Shown: one piece after another, positions 54,491-62,855 of the stretch | How positions within the stretch are numbered: position 1 is the stretch's first letter | How the letters are laid out: each line of letters starts with the position of its first letter | Source: an uncultured Eubacteriales bacterium | GTDB taxonomy: Bacteria > Bacillota > Clostridia > Oscillospirales > CAG-272 | Assembly (NCBI GenBank): GCA_934486825.1 | Contig: CAKSQF010000002.1 | Span: forward strand, 1,298 to 65,297 | Reading direction: 5' to 3' | Length of the DNA stretch: 64,000 nucleotides | Notes under the pieces: generated by a model | What the model was told of the DNA's origin: nothing | Databases searched by the model: none | The model's input: the letters and a program-made list of their open reading frames with translations, nothing else | Made by a program: the position numbers and the translations under genes

Positions 54491-56704
54491 TCAGTCCTCG
54501 TAGATGTCCTTCCCGTTTGATTCCTCGTAGATGTCCTTCCCGTTTGATGCCGCGTACTTGTCGATAAGCTTGGCAAGTTCTGTCGGGTCGATTCCTCTGA
54601 TGCTTGCAATGCAGTTTTCTATGTCATAGTACGAGCCTTCGAAATCGACAAAGATGAAGTTTTCACCGTAGACCGGCGCATCGTTTGTGATCTTGTCGCG
54701 CATATCCGAGACGAAATTGTCAAGTATGATTCTGTCTTTTTTGTCTCTGCCGATCGATACCCAGAAGTTTCTGGTTTCGTATCTGCCGAGTTCGGAGTCG
54801 AAAATGTTCACCGATATGTTGACAAAAAGCATCTGATCGCCGAGTTCTTTGTCTATGATTTCATTTATCCGTCCGATTGTTTTGTCAAAATCGGTTGAGG
54901 AACGTGACGATACATAGCTCATCCATTTGCCGTAGGTCTTCGGCAGAACGCCTCCGTTTACCGGGAATGTCACGCGGAGCAGCTTGTTGTTGAGATAGAC
55001 ACCGATCACAATGTTGAAACTCAGACGGTTTGTTGATTCGGTGTTTGTGCTTACAAGATAATCGTACCATTCGTTGTAGTCCAGCCCTGCAACCTCTTCT
55101 CTGAGTGTGTTGTAAAAATCCTCGTAATCCTTTTTGGTGAGATCATACAGCCCGGACATGTAGGAACCGTCGATGTAGCCGATGTTTTGGTATTCGGGAA
55201 GAGCTGTAAATTCGCTTCTGTAATCATCGTTGTTGAAGCAGGCTTCGTTTATTCTGTTGTATTCGTCGGTCTTCATCCGTACCATGCGGTAATGACTGCC
55301 GCTTGATGTGTTGATTATCAGCTTGATTCTGACCATGTCAGGCTGATATTCGAAACGTGATTCGTCGTTTTTGATCGAAGCGATGTTGTCGGCAAGCCGC
55401 TCTGCTACGAGTTTCTTTATTTCGGGATCGGTGATCTTGTATCCCGCCTGCTTTTTCTGCATGTATGCGATATAGTCGATCGTACCGTCGTAATATCTGG
55501 CAAATTCGTCGTTGACCAACTCAACGCTCTTTATCTCGTCGGCAGACGGAGAAAATGAGAGCGCAATATTTCTTGCGGCAAAACCGCTGATAATGAGAAG
55601 CGCATTAAGTGCGGCAACTATAAAAAGACAGGGAATTGCGCGGGCAAGATTTCTGAATTTCTTTGTCGTTATAAGCTCGTATGCGAAATAAACGATTATT
55701 GCGAAAGCGTATATGATCGCCGCAGTCACAATGACCGAACTGTCAAGACTGCCGATAGATGATATTATCAGAAATGCGGGGATTATGCATATGACCATTG
55801 TCACGGCAGAACGGTATACAGCCTGCAAAATGCGGTTGGGAGCCGACATTGCCGCCGCTTCGCTCTTTCTTCTGACAAAGAGCAGTGCCGCAAGGACGGC
55901 GTATATTACCGCAAGCAGCGTGGTGTAAATCAGCGCACTCGGGCTGAAATAGAGATCAAGATAATCGGTGCGGTTGAATGTTACCGTTTTCAGAACGACA
56001 TCGGTTAGAATGTTGTAGCCGAATCCCGACATCGGGAAAACATGCCCGGTTACAAGAATCGAAAGTGAAGATGCGACCGCTCTGTCGGCGAGGAAATAGA
56101 AGAATCTCGGAAGAAAGAGGAGGAGTACCGTAAGGATCAGGTTCGTCATGACCGTTCCGGTAATCGACATTGCGAGTGCGGTAGCCGCGATGACAAGCAA
56201 TGAGGCAACAAAGCATCCTATCGCATACTTGATAAGCTGGCTGTAAAGCGGGATGAAGTATTTGCCGAAGATGGTGTATACGAGCGAGCTTATGAGCGAT
56301 GTCGAGATAATTATTGCGGCAATCCATGTGACGATCGCAAGAAAAAACGAGGTGAACAGGCAGAGGCGCGTGTGAGGAACCGAGTGCCAGAAGTCGGAGG
56401 TGTTGCGCTTGTTGAGAAATCCGAACAGAGACAGCGTCATGATCGGCGCAATAAGCATGAAAACGAAGAAGAGAAGCGGATTCATCGTAAATGCATTCGC
56501 CGTCACCTTTGTTATAGCCGAAATATCGGTTACGTCGTATCTTGCCGAATTTGTAAGTCTTATAATGAATGTTCCGATCGGATAGACGATCGAGACGAAT
56601 GTCAGAACTATGAACGAAAGGATTCCGATAAGACGCGTCTGACGTATCCCCTCAAAGTAGAGACCGGGACTGAAAATTTTTCTGTTTTTCACTTTTATGA
56701 CCAT
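54491..56704 (-). CDS. Multi-pass membrane protein, putative permease partner of the adjacent ABC ATPase, with a large C-terminal extracytoplasmic domain
   Basis: 737 aa. About 10-12 TM helices fall in the first ~390 aa, followed by a ~340-aa soluble domain. It lies downstream of the GntR and ABC ATPase genes. Confidence 0.55.
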   Translation of the reverse strand: MVIKVKNRKIFSPGLYFEGIRQTRLIGILSFIVLTFVSIVYPIGTFIIRLTNSARYDVTDISAITKVTANAFTMNPLLFFVFMLIAPIMTLSLFGFLNKRNTSDFWHSVPHTRLCLFTSFFLAIVTWIAAIIISTSLISSLVYTIFGKYFIPLYSQLIKYAIGCFVASLLVIAATALAMSITGTVMTNLILTVLLLFLPRFFYFLADRAVASSLSILVTGHVFPMSGFGYNILTDVVLKTVTFNRTDYLDLYFSPSALIYTTLLAVIYAVLAALLFVRRKSEAAAMSAPNRILQAVYRSAVTMVICIIPAFLIISSIGSLDSSVIVTAAIIYAFAIIVYFAYELITTKKFRNLARAIPCLFIVAALNALLIISGFAARNIALSFSPSADEIKSVELVNDEFARYYDGTIDYIAYMQKKQAGYKITDPEIKKLVAERLADNIASIKNDESRFEYQPDMVRIKLIINTSSGSHYRMVRMKTDEYNRINEACFNNDDYRSEFTALPEYQNIGYIDGSYMSGLYDLTKKDYEDFYNTLREEVAGLDYNEWYDYLVSTNTESTNRLSFNIVIGVYLNNKLLRVTFPVNGGVLPKTYGKWMSYVSSRSSTDFDKTIGRINEIIDKELGDQMLFVNISVNIFDSELGRYETRNFWVSIGRDKKDRIILDNFVSDMRDKITNDAPVYGENFIFVDFEGSYYDIENCIASIRGIDPTELAKLIDKYAASNGKDIYEESNGKDIYED
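54495..54548. repeat. Perfect 27-bp tandem duplication at the 3' end of the permease gene
   Basis: tcctcgtagatgtccttcccgtttgat x2 (54495-54521 and 54522-54548), encoding ...SNGKDIYEESNGKDIYED*. Confidence 0.95.
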
Positions 56705-56811
56705 TCCTTTCTTGGAATCTGTGCCGATAAAATCAGATCATATATTTGATCCGAAAAGCACAGACTGAGCTTGAAAATATCTTACAGAATGTATGTTTTG
56801 ACCTCTGCCCG

Positions 56812-57705
56812 TTAATCCAGATTGAATTTGTAGCCGAGTGCTTCCATTTCGTAGGTGAATACTTCTTCCAGCGAAAGCGGCAGGATGTCAAGTACAAGCG
56901 GATGCATTGCGGCAAGCTTTGCGGCGGTTTCGTCGCGGTCGCCTCTGACGATCATGTTTGATACCGAACCGTGCTTTGTAAAATGGAGAATGTCAATGCC
57001 GTCGAATTTGCTCTTGTCATAATCTCCGGCAAATGCGATCTGTATTTTGAATTGTGCGGTTTTCAGATTCTGTATGTCGCTTTCGAGAACAAGCCCGCCC
57101 TTGTGGAGAAGCGCAAGCTGATCGCAGGTGTCCTCAAGCTCGCGGAGCGAATGTGATGTAATTATTGCCGATGCACTGCGTTCGATCACGTCATCGCATA
57201 TAAGCTTCTTTACGTAGTTTCTCATTACAGGATCAAGCCCGTCAAAGGTTTCGTCAAAGAAAATGTAATCGGGACGGCAGGCAAGCGCAAGAGCGGTCGC
57301 CGCCTGACGCTTCATACCCTTGGAAAAAGTACCGATCGGCTTTTTCTGGTCGAGACCGAAGGTACCGGTAAGCTCATCAAGCCGCTTTTTGTCAAATGAC
57401 CCGTATACACTGCGGTAAAGCTCCGCCATGCGGGTAATGGTCGCACCCGGCAGAAAATAAAGCTCGTCGGGTACATATGCGATCCTTCTTTTTATGTCGG
57501 GATTGTCCCATATGGGCTGACCGTCTATGGTTGCCTCGCCGCTGTCCTGCCTGTATACCCCGGCAAGTATGCGGATGAATGTCGATTTTCCTGCTCCGTT
57601 TGATCCGACCATGCCGTATATACAGCCGTCGTTTATCGTACAGCTTATCTTTTCAAGCGCCGTGAAGCTGTCGAATTTTTTTGTCAGATTTGTTGCTTTG
57701 ATCAT
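56812..57705 (-). CDS. ABC transporter ATP-binding protein (ABC-2 / YtrB-like)
   Basis: Walker A GSNGAGKST, signature FSKGMKRQ and Walker B IFFDETFDGLD. Its start overlaps the GntR stop. Confidence 0.85.
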   Translation of the reverse strand: MIKATNLTKKFDSFTALEKISCTINDGCIYGMVGSNGAGKSTFIRILAGVYRQDSGEATIDGQPIWDNPDIKRRIAYVPDELYFLPGATITRMAELYRSVYGSFDKKRLDELTGTFGLDQKKPIGTFSKGMKRQAATALALACRPDYIFFDETFDGLDPVMRNYVKKLICDDVIERSASAIITSHSLRELEDTCDQLALLHKGGLVLESDIQNLKTAQFKIQIAFAGDYDKSKFDGIDILHFTKHGSVSNMIVRGDRDETAAKLAAMHPLVLDILPLSLEEVFTYEMEALGYKFNLD

Positions 57706-58106
57706 TTTTCGGTGTCTCCTTCCTTATTTGTGCCTTGACCGATGTTTTCAAACGCATCATCAATAAGCCTGTATAGCTCGGATTTCGTGACCCCCGCCAT
57801 CGCCATGTTGTGAATTGTGCCGCGGAGTTCATCAAATTTGTGCTTTGCCGAGCTGTGAAGTATGTCAAAAGCATTTTCGCATACGAAATATCCCTTTCCG
57901 GGGACGGCTCTTATCACACCTCTTTTGTCAAGATCCGAATATGCCTTCAGAATTGTGTTCGGATTGATCGAAAGCTCAATCGACATGCTTCTGACCGACG
58001 GCAATTGTTCACCCGGCTTCATAATGCCCGACAGTATGAACTTTTCAAGCTGTTTTTGTATCTGTTCGTACACCGGAGTTCTCGACAGAGCATCTATCGT
58101 GAACAT
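57702..58106 (-). CDS. GntR family transcriptional regulator (YtrA subfamily)
   Basis: PVYEQIQKQLEKFILSGIMKPGEQLPSVRSMSIELSINPNTILKAYSDLDKRGVIRAVPGKGYFV with a short C-terminal extension. Confidence 0.85.
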   Translation of the reverse strand: MFTIDALSRTPVYEQIQKQLEKFILSGIMKPGEQLPSVRSMSIELSINPNTILKAYSDLDKRGVIRAVPGKGYFVCENAFDILHSSAKHKFDELRGTIHNMAMAGVTKSELYRLIDDAFENIGQGTNKEGDTEK

Positions 58107-58122
58107 CAGATTACCCCTTTCC

Positions 58123-58156
58123 GTACTAACTGTATTATCATAAATAGTACAGTTAG
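58123..58156. promoter_or_regulatory. Candidate YtrA-type operator (nested inverted repeats) in the gntR leader
   Basis: GTACTA (58123-58128) / TAGTAC (58145-58150), and CTAACTGTA (58126-58134) / TACAGTTAG (58148-58156). It sits directly downstream of the -10 hexamer. Confidence 0.5.
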
Positions 58157-58185
58157 ATCATACTGCAATATTATATGTTTGTCAA
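58157..58185 (-). promoter_or_regulatory. Sigma-A-type promoter of the gntR-ABC operon
   Basis: The minus strand has TTGACA-17 nt-TATGAT. Confidence 0.55.
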
Positions 58186-58234
58186 TAGGAAATATGAAAA
58201 AAGTCATCGCGTTAATAATTTGTTTACAAACAGT

Positions 58235-58268
58235 AAAGCGGCTGCACTCTTCCGGGTGCAACCGCTTT
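58235..58268. terminator. Terminator after the SDR gene
   Basis: AAAGCGGCTGCAC/GTGCAACCGCTTT stem (one mismatch). Confidence 0.55.
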
Positions 58269-58306
58269 TGGGAATCCGTGAGCGTTCGATCGGTGCCGTC
58301 CGCTTT

Positions 58307-59068
58307 TTATCTGATTTTGAGCCAGACCTTCATGACGAGGCTGTGCGGAAGTATTTTTGACAGTAGCCTTGCGGCTTTTATTGTTCCGCCGTATACCGAG
58401 ACATCCTTGCCCTTTTCTGCATCCGAAAGCGCACGTTTTACAACGTCGGGAGCCTTGTACATCGGTCTGAAATTTCTGCATGCGGTCGGATCGCCCGATT
58501 TTTCCGCAACAGAAAAAAATTCGGTGTCAACATATCCGGGGCATACTGTGGTAACCGAGATGCCGTCTTTTTTCAGCTCGCGGCTGAGCGCACGCCCGAA
58601 ATGGAGAACGAACGCCTTTGTCGAAGCGTATACGTTGAATTCGGGAAGCGGCTGAAATGCCGATTGCGATCCCATAAGTATTATCTGCGAGCCGTTTTTA
58701 AGAAAGGGAAGTGCAAGGCGTACAGTGCGCATAAGTCCGAGAATGTTGACGTTTACCTCAGCCTCCATGTCGCTCTCGCTGTTGTTTGCGAACGATCCGT
58801 ATTTTCCGAATCCCGCGGCTGCAACGAGAGTCGTTATTGCCCCGACACTGTCGCTTTTCAGTCTGTCTGTTATATTTGCGAAGGTGTTTTCGTCCGAAAG
58901 ATCGGCTGTTATCGGTATTATCATGTCACCGAGCTCGTTTTTAAGCTCGGCAAGCTTTCCTTCACGCCGTGCTATGCAGTATATACGGTTGTAGCCGGCG
59001 CGTGCAAGCTGTCTTGCAAACTCGCGTCCGATTCCGGACGACGCACCTGTAATCAAAGCGGTTTTCAT
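58307..59068 (-). CDS. SDR family oxidoreductase
   Basis: MKTALITGASSGIGREFARQLA (TGxxxGIG) and the YASTKA catalytic motif. Confidence 0.85.
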   Translation of the reverse strand: MKTALITGASSGIGREFARQLARAGYNRIYCIARREGKLAELKNELGDMIIPITADLSDENTFANITDRLKSDSVGAITTLVAAAGFGKYGSFANNSESDMEAEVNVNILGLMRTVRLALPFLKNGSQIILMGSQSAFQPLPEFNVYASTKAFVLHFGRALSRELKKDGISVTTVCPGYVDTEFFSVAEKSGDPTACRNFRPMYKAPDVVKRALSDAEKGKDVSVYGGTIKAARLLSKILPHSLVMKVWLKIR

Positions 59069-59166
59069 GATTTGTCATATCCTTTCATTTTTTTATATTG
59101 TATCACTGTTTGACGGTACGGTCAATAGATAAATCCGGACGGTCGGAAGTTTTTTTGCAAAACCAC

Positions 59167-59222
59167 TTGACAAAATGTACCGTCTGTGATATAATCCCTG
59201 TAAAGTATATTGCTTTACAGGG
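59167..59222 (+). promoter_or_regulatory. Consensus sigma-A promoter of ylxM-ffh plus a 5' stem-loop
   Basis: TTGACA-17 nt-(TGa)TATAAT at 59167-59195, followed immediately by a 10-bp hairpin CCCTGTAAAG/CTTTACAGGG (59196-59222). Confidence 0.65.
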
Positions 59223-59231
59223 AACGGCAAA

Positions 59232-59591
59232 ATGGAAGGCGAGAAAAAGAACAGACCCGACGGCAGACTTTATTATTCGGTTTTACTTGAGTTTTACGGT
59301 AAGCTTCTCACAGACAGACAGAGGGCGGTTATCGGGTATTCGCTTGACGAAGATCTTTCGCTTTCGGAAATTGCCGAGATAACGGGAATTACAAGACAGG
59401 GTGTGCGCGATGCAATCGGCAAAGCCGAGGCACAGCTTTCAGGGTATGAGGAAAAGCTCGGGATGTATGCGGCATACCGTGACAGGCAAAAATGCGGAGA
59501 GGAGCTCTGCCGACTTATCAGAAGCGGTTCGGCGGATGCCGACAGGATGATCGCACTTGTAAAAACGATTTGTGCGGATCAGAATCTATAA
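59232..59591 (+). CDS. ylxM: YlxM/p13-like putative DNA-binding protein (UPF0122)
   Basis: LLEFYGKLLTDRQRAVIGYSLDEDLSLSEIAEITGITRQGVRDAI, directly upstream of ffh. Confidence 0.8.
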   Translation: MEGEKKNRPDGRLYYSVLLEFYGKLLTDRQRAVIGYSLDEDLSLSEIAEITGITRQGVRDAIGKAEAQLSGYEEKLGMYAAYRDRQKCGEELCRLIRSGSADADRMIALVKTICADQNL

Positions 59592-59604
59592 GGAGAACGG
59601 ATAT

Positions 59605-60942
59605 ATGTTTGACAGTCTCGTGGAGAGAATGAACGAGGCGTTCAGGAAATTCCGCAATAAAGGCAAGCTGACAGAGGCAGATGTAAAGGCTGGAATGCGT
59701 GAGATCAAGCTTGCGCTTCTTGAGGCGGATGTCAGTTATAAAGTCGTAAAGGATTTTATCGCGGCAGTCAGTGAACGTGCGGTCGGAGCTCAGGTGCTTG
59801 AGAGCCTTGTTCCGGCACAGCAGATAGTGAAAATAGTAAATGAAGAGCTGACATCGCTCATGGGAACGAATGTGTCGAAGCTTGCGGTCGCATCGAAGCC
59901 GCCGACAGTCATAATGATGTGCGGTCTTCAGGGTGCAGGTAAGACCACACATGCCGGCAAACTTGCCGCAATGCTCAAAAAGCAGGGAAAAAACCCTGTG
60001 CTTGTTGCCTGCGATGTTTACAGACCCGCGGCGATCAGACAGCTTGAGATTGTTGCCGAAAAGGTCGGAGTACCGTGCTTTTCGCTCGGAAGCGGTGCCG
60101 ATCCCGTAAAAATAGCCGAAGAGGGCGTAAACTATGCCCGCAAAAACGGCTACGATACCGTGTTTATAGATACGGCGGGCAGACTGCACGTAGATGAGCA
60201 GATGATGGAAGAGCTTGTCAGGATAAAGAAAAAGGTTGAACCGGACGAAATTCTTCTTACCGTTGACGCAATGCTCGGTCAGGATGCGGTCAATGTCGCA
60301 AAGACATTCAATGATATGCTTGATATAACCGGTGTAGTGCTTACGAAGCTTGACGGTGATACAAGAGGCGGTGCGGCGCTTTCGGTCCGCTATGTGACCG
60401 GAAAGCCGATCAAATTTGTCGGAACAGGCGAAAAGATGGACGCAATCGAGCCGTTTTATCCGGATCGGATGGCGTCGAGAATACTCGGAATGGGCGATGT
60501 GCTGTCGCTTATCGAAAAAGCGGAGCAACAGTTTGACGAGAAAAAGGCACTGGAGCTTGAGAAGAAGATACGCGAATCGACCTTCACGCTTGACGATTAT
60601 CTTGAACAGTTCCAGCAGATAAAGAAGATGGGAAGCATGGAACAGCTTCTCGGAATGATACCCGGTGTAAAGACCTCGGCACTGAAAAACGCTCAGATCG
60701 ACGAAAAGCAGATATCTCACATGGAAGCAATAATCAGGTCGATGACCCCCGAGGAGCGCACAAAGCCGGCGATCATAAGCTCGTCGAGAAAAAAGCGTAT
60801 AGCTGCCGGAAGCGGCAGAGGCATTGAAGAAGTCAACAGACTGCTCAAGCAGTATGAGCAGACAAATCAGATGATGAAACAGCTCTCAAAAATGGGAGCG
60901 GGCAAAAAGGGCGGGAAAATGAAGCTCCCGTTCGGTATGTAA
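59605..60942 (+). CDS. ffh: Signal recognition particle protein Ffh
   Basis: MFDSLVERMNEAFRKF, GLQGAGKTT, DTAGR, TKLDGD and a Met-rich M domain. The start was set at the ATG at 59605 after AAGGAGAA. Confidence 0.92.
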   Translation: MFDSLVERMNEAFRKFRNKGKLTEADVKAGMREIKLALLEADVSYKVVKDFIAAVSERAVGAQVLESLVPAQQIVKIVNEELTSLMGTNVSKLAVASKPPTVIMMCGLQGAGKTTHAGKLAAMLKKQGKNPVLVACDVYRPAAIRQLEIVAEKVGVPCFSLGSGADPVKIAEEGVNYARKNGYDTVFIDTAGRLHVDEQMMEELVRIKKKVEPDEILLTVDAMLGQDAVNVAKTFNDMLDITGVVLTKLDGDTRGGAALSVRYVTGKPIKFVGTGEKMDAIEPFYPDRMASRILGMGDVLSLIEKAEQQFDEKKALELEKKIRESTFTLDDYLEQFQQIKKMGSMEQLLGMIPGVKTSALKNAQIDEKQISHMEAIIRSMTPEERTKPAIISSSRKKRIAAGSGRGIEEVNRLLKQYEQTNQMMKQLSKMGAGKKGGKMKLPFGM

Positions 60943-61012
60943 ACGGTTATTGTATGCTGACAAAGGCAGATAACATAAATAAATATCAGATCCGTATTTG
61001 GAGGAAGAAAAA

Positions 61013-61258
61013 ATGGCAGTAAAAATCAGACTCAAAAGAGTAGGCGCAAAGAAGGCTCCTTTCTATCACGTGGTTATAGCAGATTCCCGTTCGCCCCGTG
61101 ACGGTAAGTTCATTGAACAGATCGGCACCTATAATCCCCTTACCGATCCCGCACAGATAAATATTGATGCGGAAAAGGCAAACAAGTGGCTGAAAAACGG
61201 AGCACAGCCGACCGATACGGTCAGAGCACTCCTCAAGAAGAGCGAAATCCTTAAATAA
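61013..61258 (+). CDS. rpsP: 30S ribosomal protein S16
   Basis: [42 protein letters not shown], after GGAGG. Confidence 0.92.
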   Translation: MAVKIRLKRVGAKKAPFYHVVIADSRSPRDGKFIEQIGTYNPLTDPAQINIDAEKANKWLKNGAQPTDTVRALLKKSEILK

Positions 61259-61289
61259 GCTTTCACACTGACATAACGGAGGAATAAAG

Positions 61290-61535
61290 ATGACCGATTT
61301 GAAGCAGGTCCTTGCCGATATTGCCAAAAGTCTGGTTGATTTTCCCGAGGAGGTCATCGTAAATGTTACCGAAGAGGAAGACGATGACATAACTCTTGAA
61401 CTCAGCGTGTCTGAAAATGATATGGGGAAGGTCATAGGACGCCACGGCAGAATCGCAAAGGCGATCCGCATGGTGATGAAGGCAGCAGCAAATGCCGACG
61501 GCAAGAGGGTAAAGGTCGATATTGTTGACCGTTGA
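61290..61535 (+). CDS. KH domain-containing protein (YlqC/UPF0109)
   Basis: LVDFPEEVIVNV....ITLELSVSENDMGKVIGRHGRIAKAIRMVM. Confidence 0.85.
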   Translation: MTDLKQVLADIAKSLVDFPEEVIVNVTEEEDDDITLELSVSENDMGKVIGRHGRIAKAIRMVMKAAANADGKRVKVDIVDR

Positions 61536-61560
61536 GCACTTACGGGTATTTGTCTTGACA

Positions 61561-61600
61561 GAAAGAGCCGACCGCGTTTTTTAACGCGGTCGGCTCTTTC
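61561..61600. terminator. Bidirectional terminator
   Basis: 16-bp perfect stem GAAAGAGCCGACCGCG/CGCGGTCGGCTCTTTC with a T/A-rich loop. Confidence 0.85.
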
Positions 61601-61618
61601 ATATTGCAGTGGTATCGT

Positions 61619-62758
61619 TTATTCAATCCGCTCGGCAAGCCTGTTTACGTATTTGTGATAGAAACTGTCAAAATAATCGCCGTCAAGCGCGTCACGTATT
61701 TTCTGCATCAGATCATTGTAGAAATAAAGATTGTGCATGACGCAAAGACGCATGCCGAGCATTTCGTCCGCTTTGAGAAGATGCCGTATGTATGCACGGC
61801 TGTAACGCTTGCAGACGGGGCATCCGCATGATCTTGATATCGGCTCGTTGTCAAGCATGAACCTGCGGTTCAGAATGGTCAGTTTTCCTTCCCATGTGAA
61901 CAGGTTGCCGTGACGTGCATTCCGTGACGGCATGACGCAGTCGAAAAAGTCAACGCCTCTGTATACGCCCTCCAGGATGTTCTGCGGCGTTCCGACTCCC
62001 ATGAGATAACGCGGCTTGTCGGTCGGCATGTGCGGATCAAGTGCCTCGATTATGCGGTACATCTCCTCCGCTTCCTCGCCGACCGCAAGACCTCCGATCG
62101 CATAGCCGTCAAGATCAAGCTTTGCGATCTCGTCCATATGCCACGTGCGTATGTCCTCATAGGTTGAACCCTGATTGATGCCGAAAAGCATCTGGTCATG
62201 ATTGACTGTCCCTTCAAGAGAGTTCAGCCGTGCCATCTCTGTTTTGCATCGTTCAAGCCAGCGCAGTGTCCTCTCGCAGGAGGCTTTTACGTATTTGTAT
62301 TCGGCGGGATTTTCGATACATTCGTCAAATGCCATCGCAATGGTTGAACCGAGATTTGACTGTATCTGCATGGATTGTTCGGGATCCATAAAAATTTTTG
62401 CGCCGTCTATGTGCGAGTTGAAATAGACGCCCTCTTCCTTGATGCGGCGTAGCTTTGCCAGAGAGAATACCTGAAATCCGCCCGAATCGGTGAGTATGGG
62501 ACGGTCCCAGTTCATGAATCTGTGAAGTCCGCCGAGTTCTCTTATTACTTTGTCTCCGGGTCTGATGTGAAGATGATAGGTGTTGGAAAGCTCAACCTGA
62601 CAGCCGAGCTCACGCAGATCGAAGGCGGATACGCCGCCTCTGATCGCGGCGCATGTGCCGACATTCATGAAAACAGGTGTTTCGATCGTGCCGTGGACGG
62701 TCTCCATCCTGCCGCGTCGGGCATGACCGTCTTTTTTGATTAGTGTGAATTTTGACAT
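61619..62758 (-). CDS. tgt: tRNA guanosine(34) transglycosylase
   Basis: FTLIKKDGHARRGRMETVHGTIETPVFMNVGT, LTDSGGFQVFS and the zinc site CGCPVC....Y.RH. I prefer the start at the ATG at 62758 (the tracked ORF starts at a GTG at 62773). Confidence 0.9.
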   Translation of the reverse strand: MSKFTLIKKDGHARRGRMETVHGTIETPVFMNVGTCAAIRGGVSAFDLRELGCQVELSNTYHLHIRPGDKVIRELGGLHRFMNWDRPILTDSGGFQVFSLAKLRRIKEEGVYFNSHIDGAKIFMDPEQSMQIQSNLGSTIAMAFDECIENPAEYKYVKASCERTLRWLERCKTEMARLNSLEGTVNHDQMLFGINQGSTYEDIRTWHMDEIAKLDLDGYAIGGLAVGEEAEEMYRIIEALDPHMPTDKPRYLMGVGTPQNILEGVYRGVDFFDCVMPSRNARHGNLFTWEGKLTILNRRFMLDNEPISRSCGCPVCKRYSRAYIRHLLKADEMLGMRLCVMHNLYFYNDLMQKIRDALDGDYFDSFYHKYVNRLAERIE

Positions 62759-62855
62759 TTTTGCGTTCCGCACAGAACAGGTGCGGTACTCCTTCGTTTA
62801 TTTGAAGACGGGCTGTCGAACGAACGTCGATCCCGCCTTTTTGACTGATACTGTT

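Noticed and set aside
57810-58655. 281-aa plus-strand ORF bridging the GntR gene, the intergenic region and the SDR gene
   Set aside because: It crosses a promoter/operator region and a terminator, and it is antisense to two motif-supported genes.
59518-60720. 400-aa ORF antisense to ffh
   Set aside because: It lies entirely inside the well-supported ffh frame. The translation is Leu/Arg/Cys/His-rich with no recognisable motif, which is typical of a shadow ORF.
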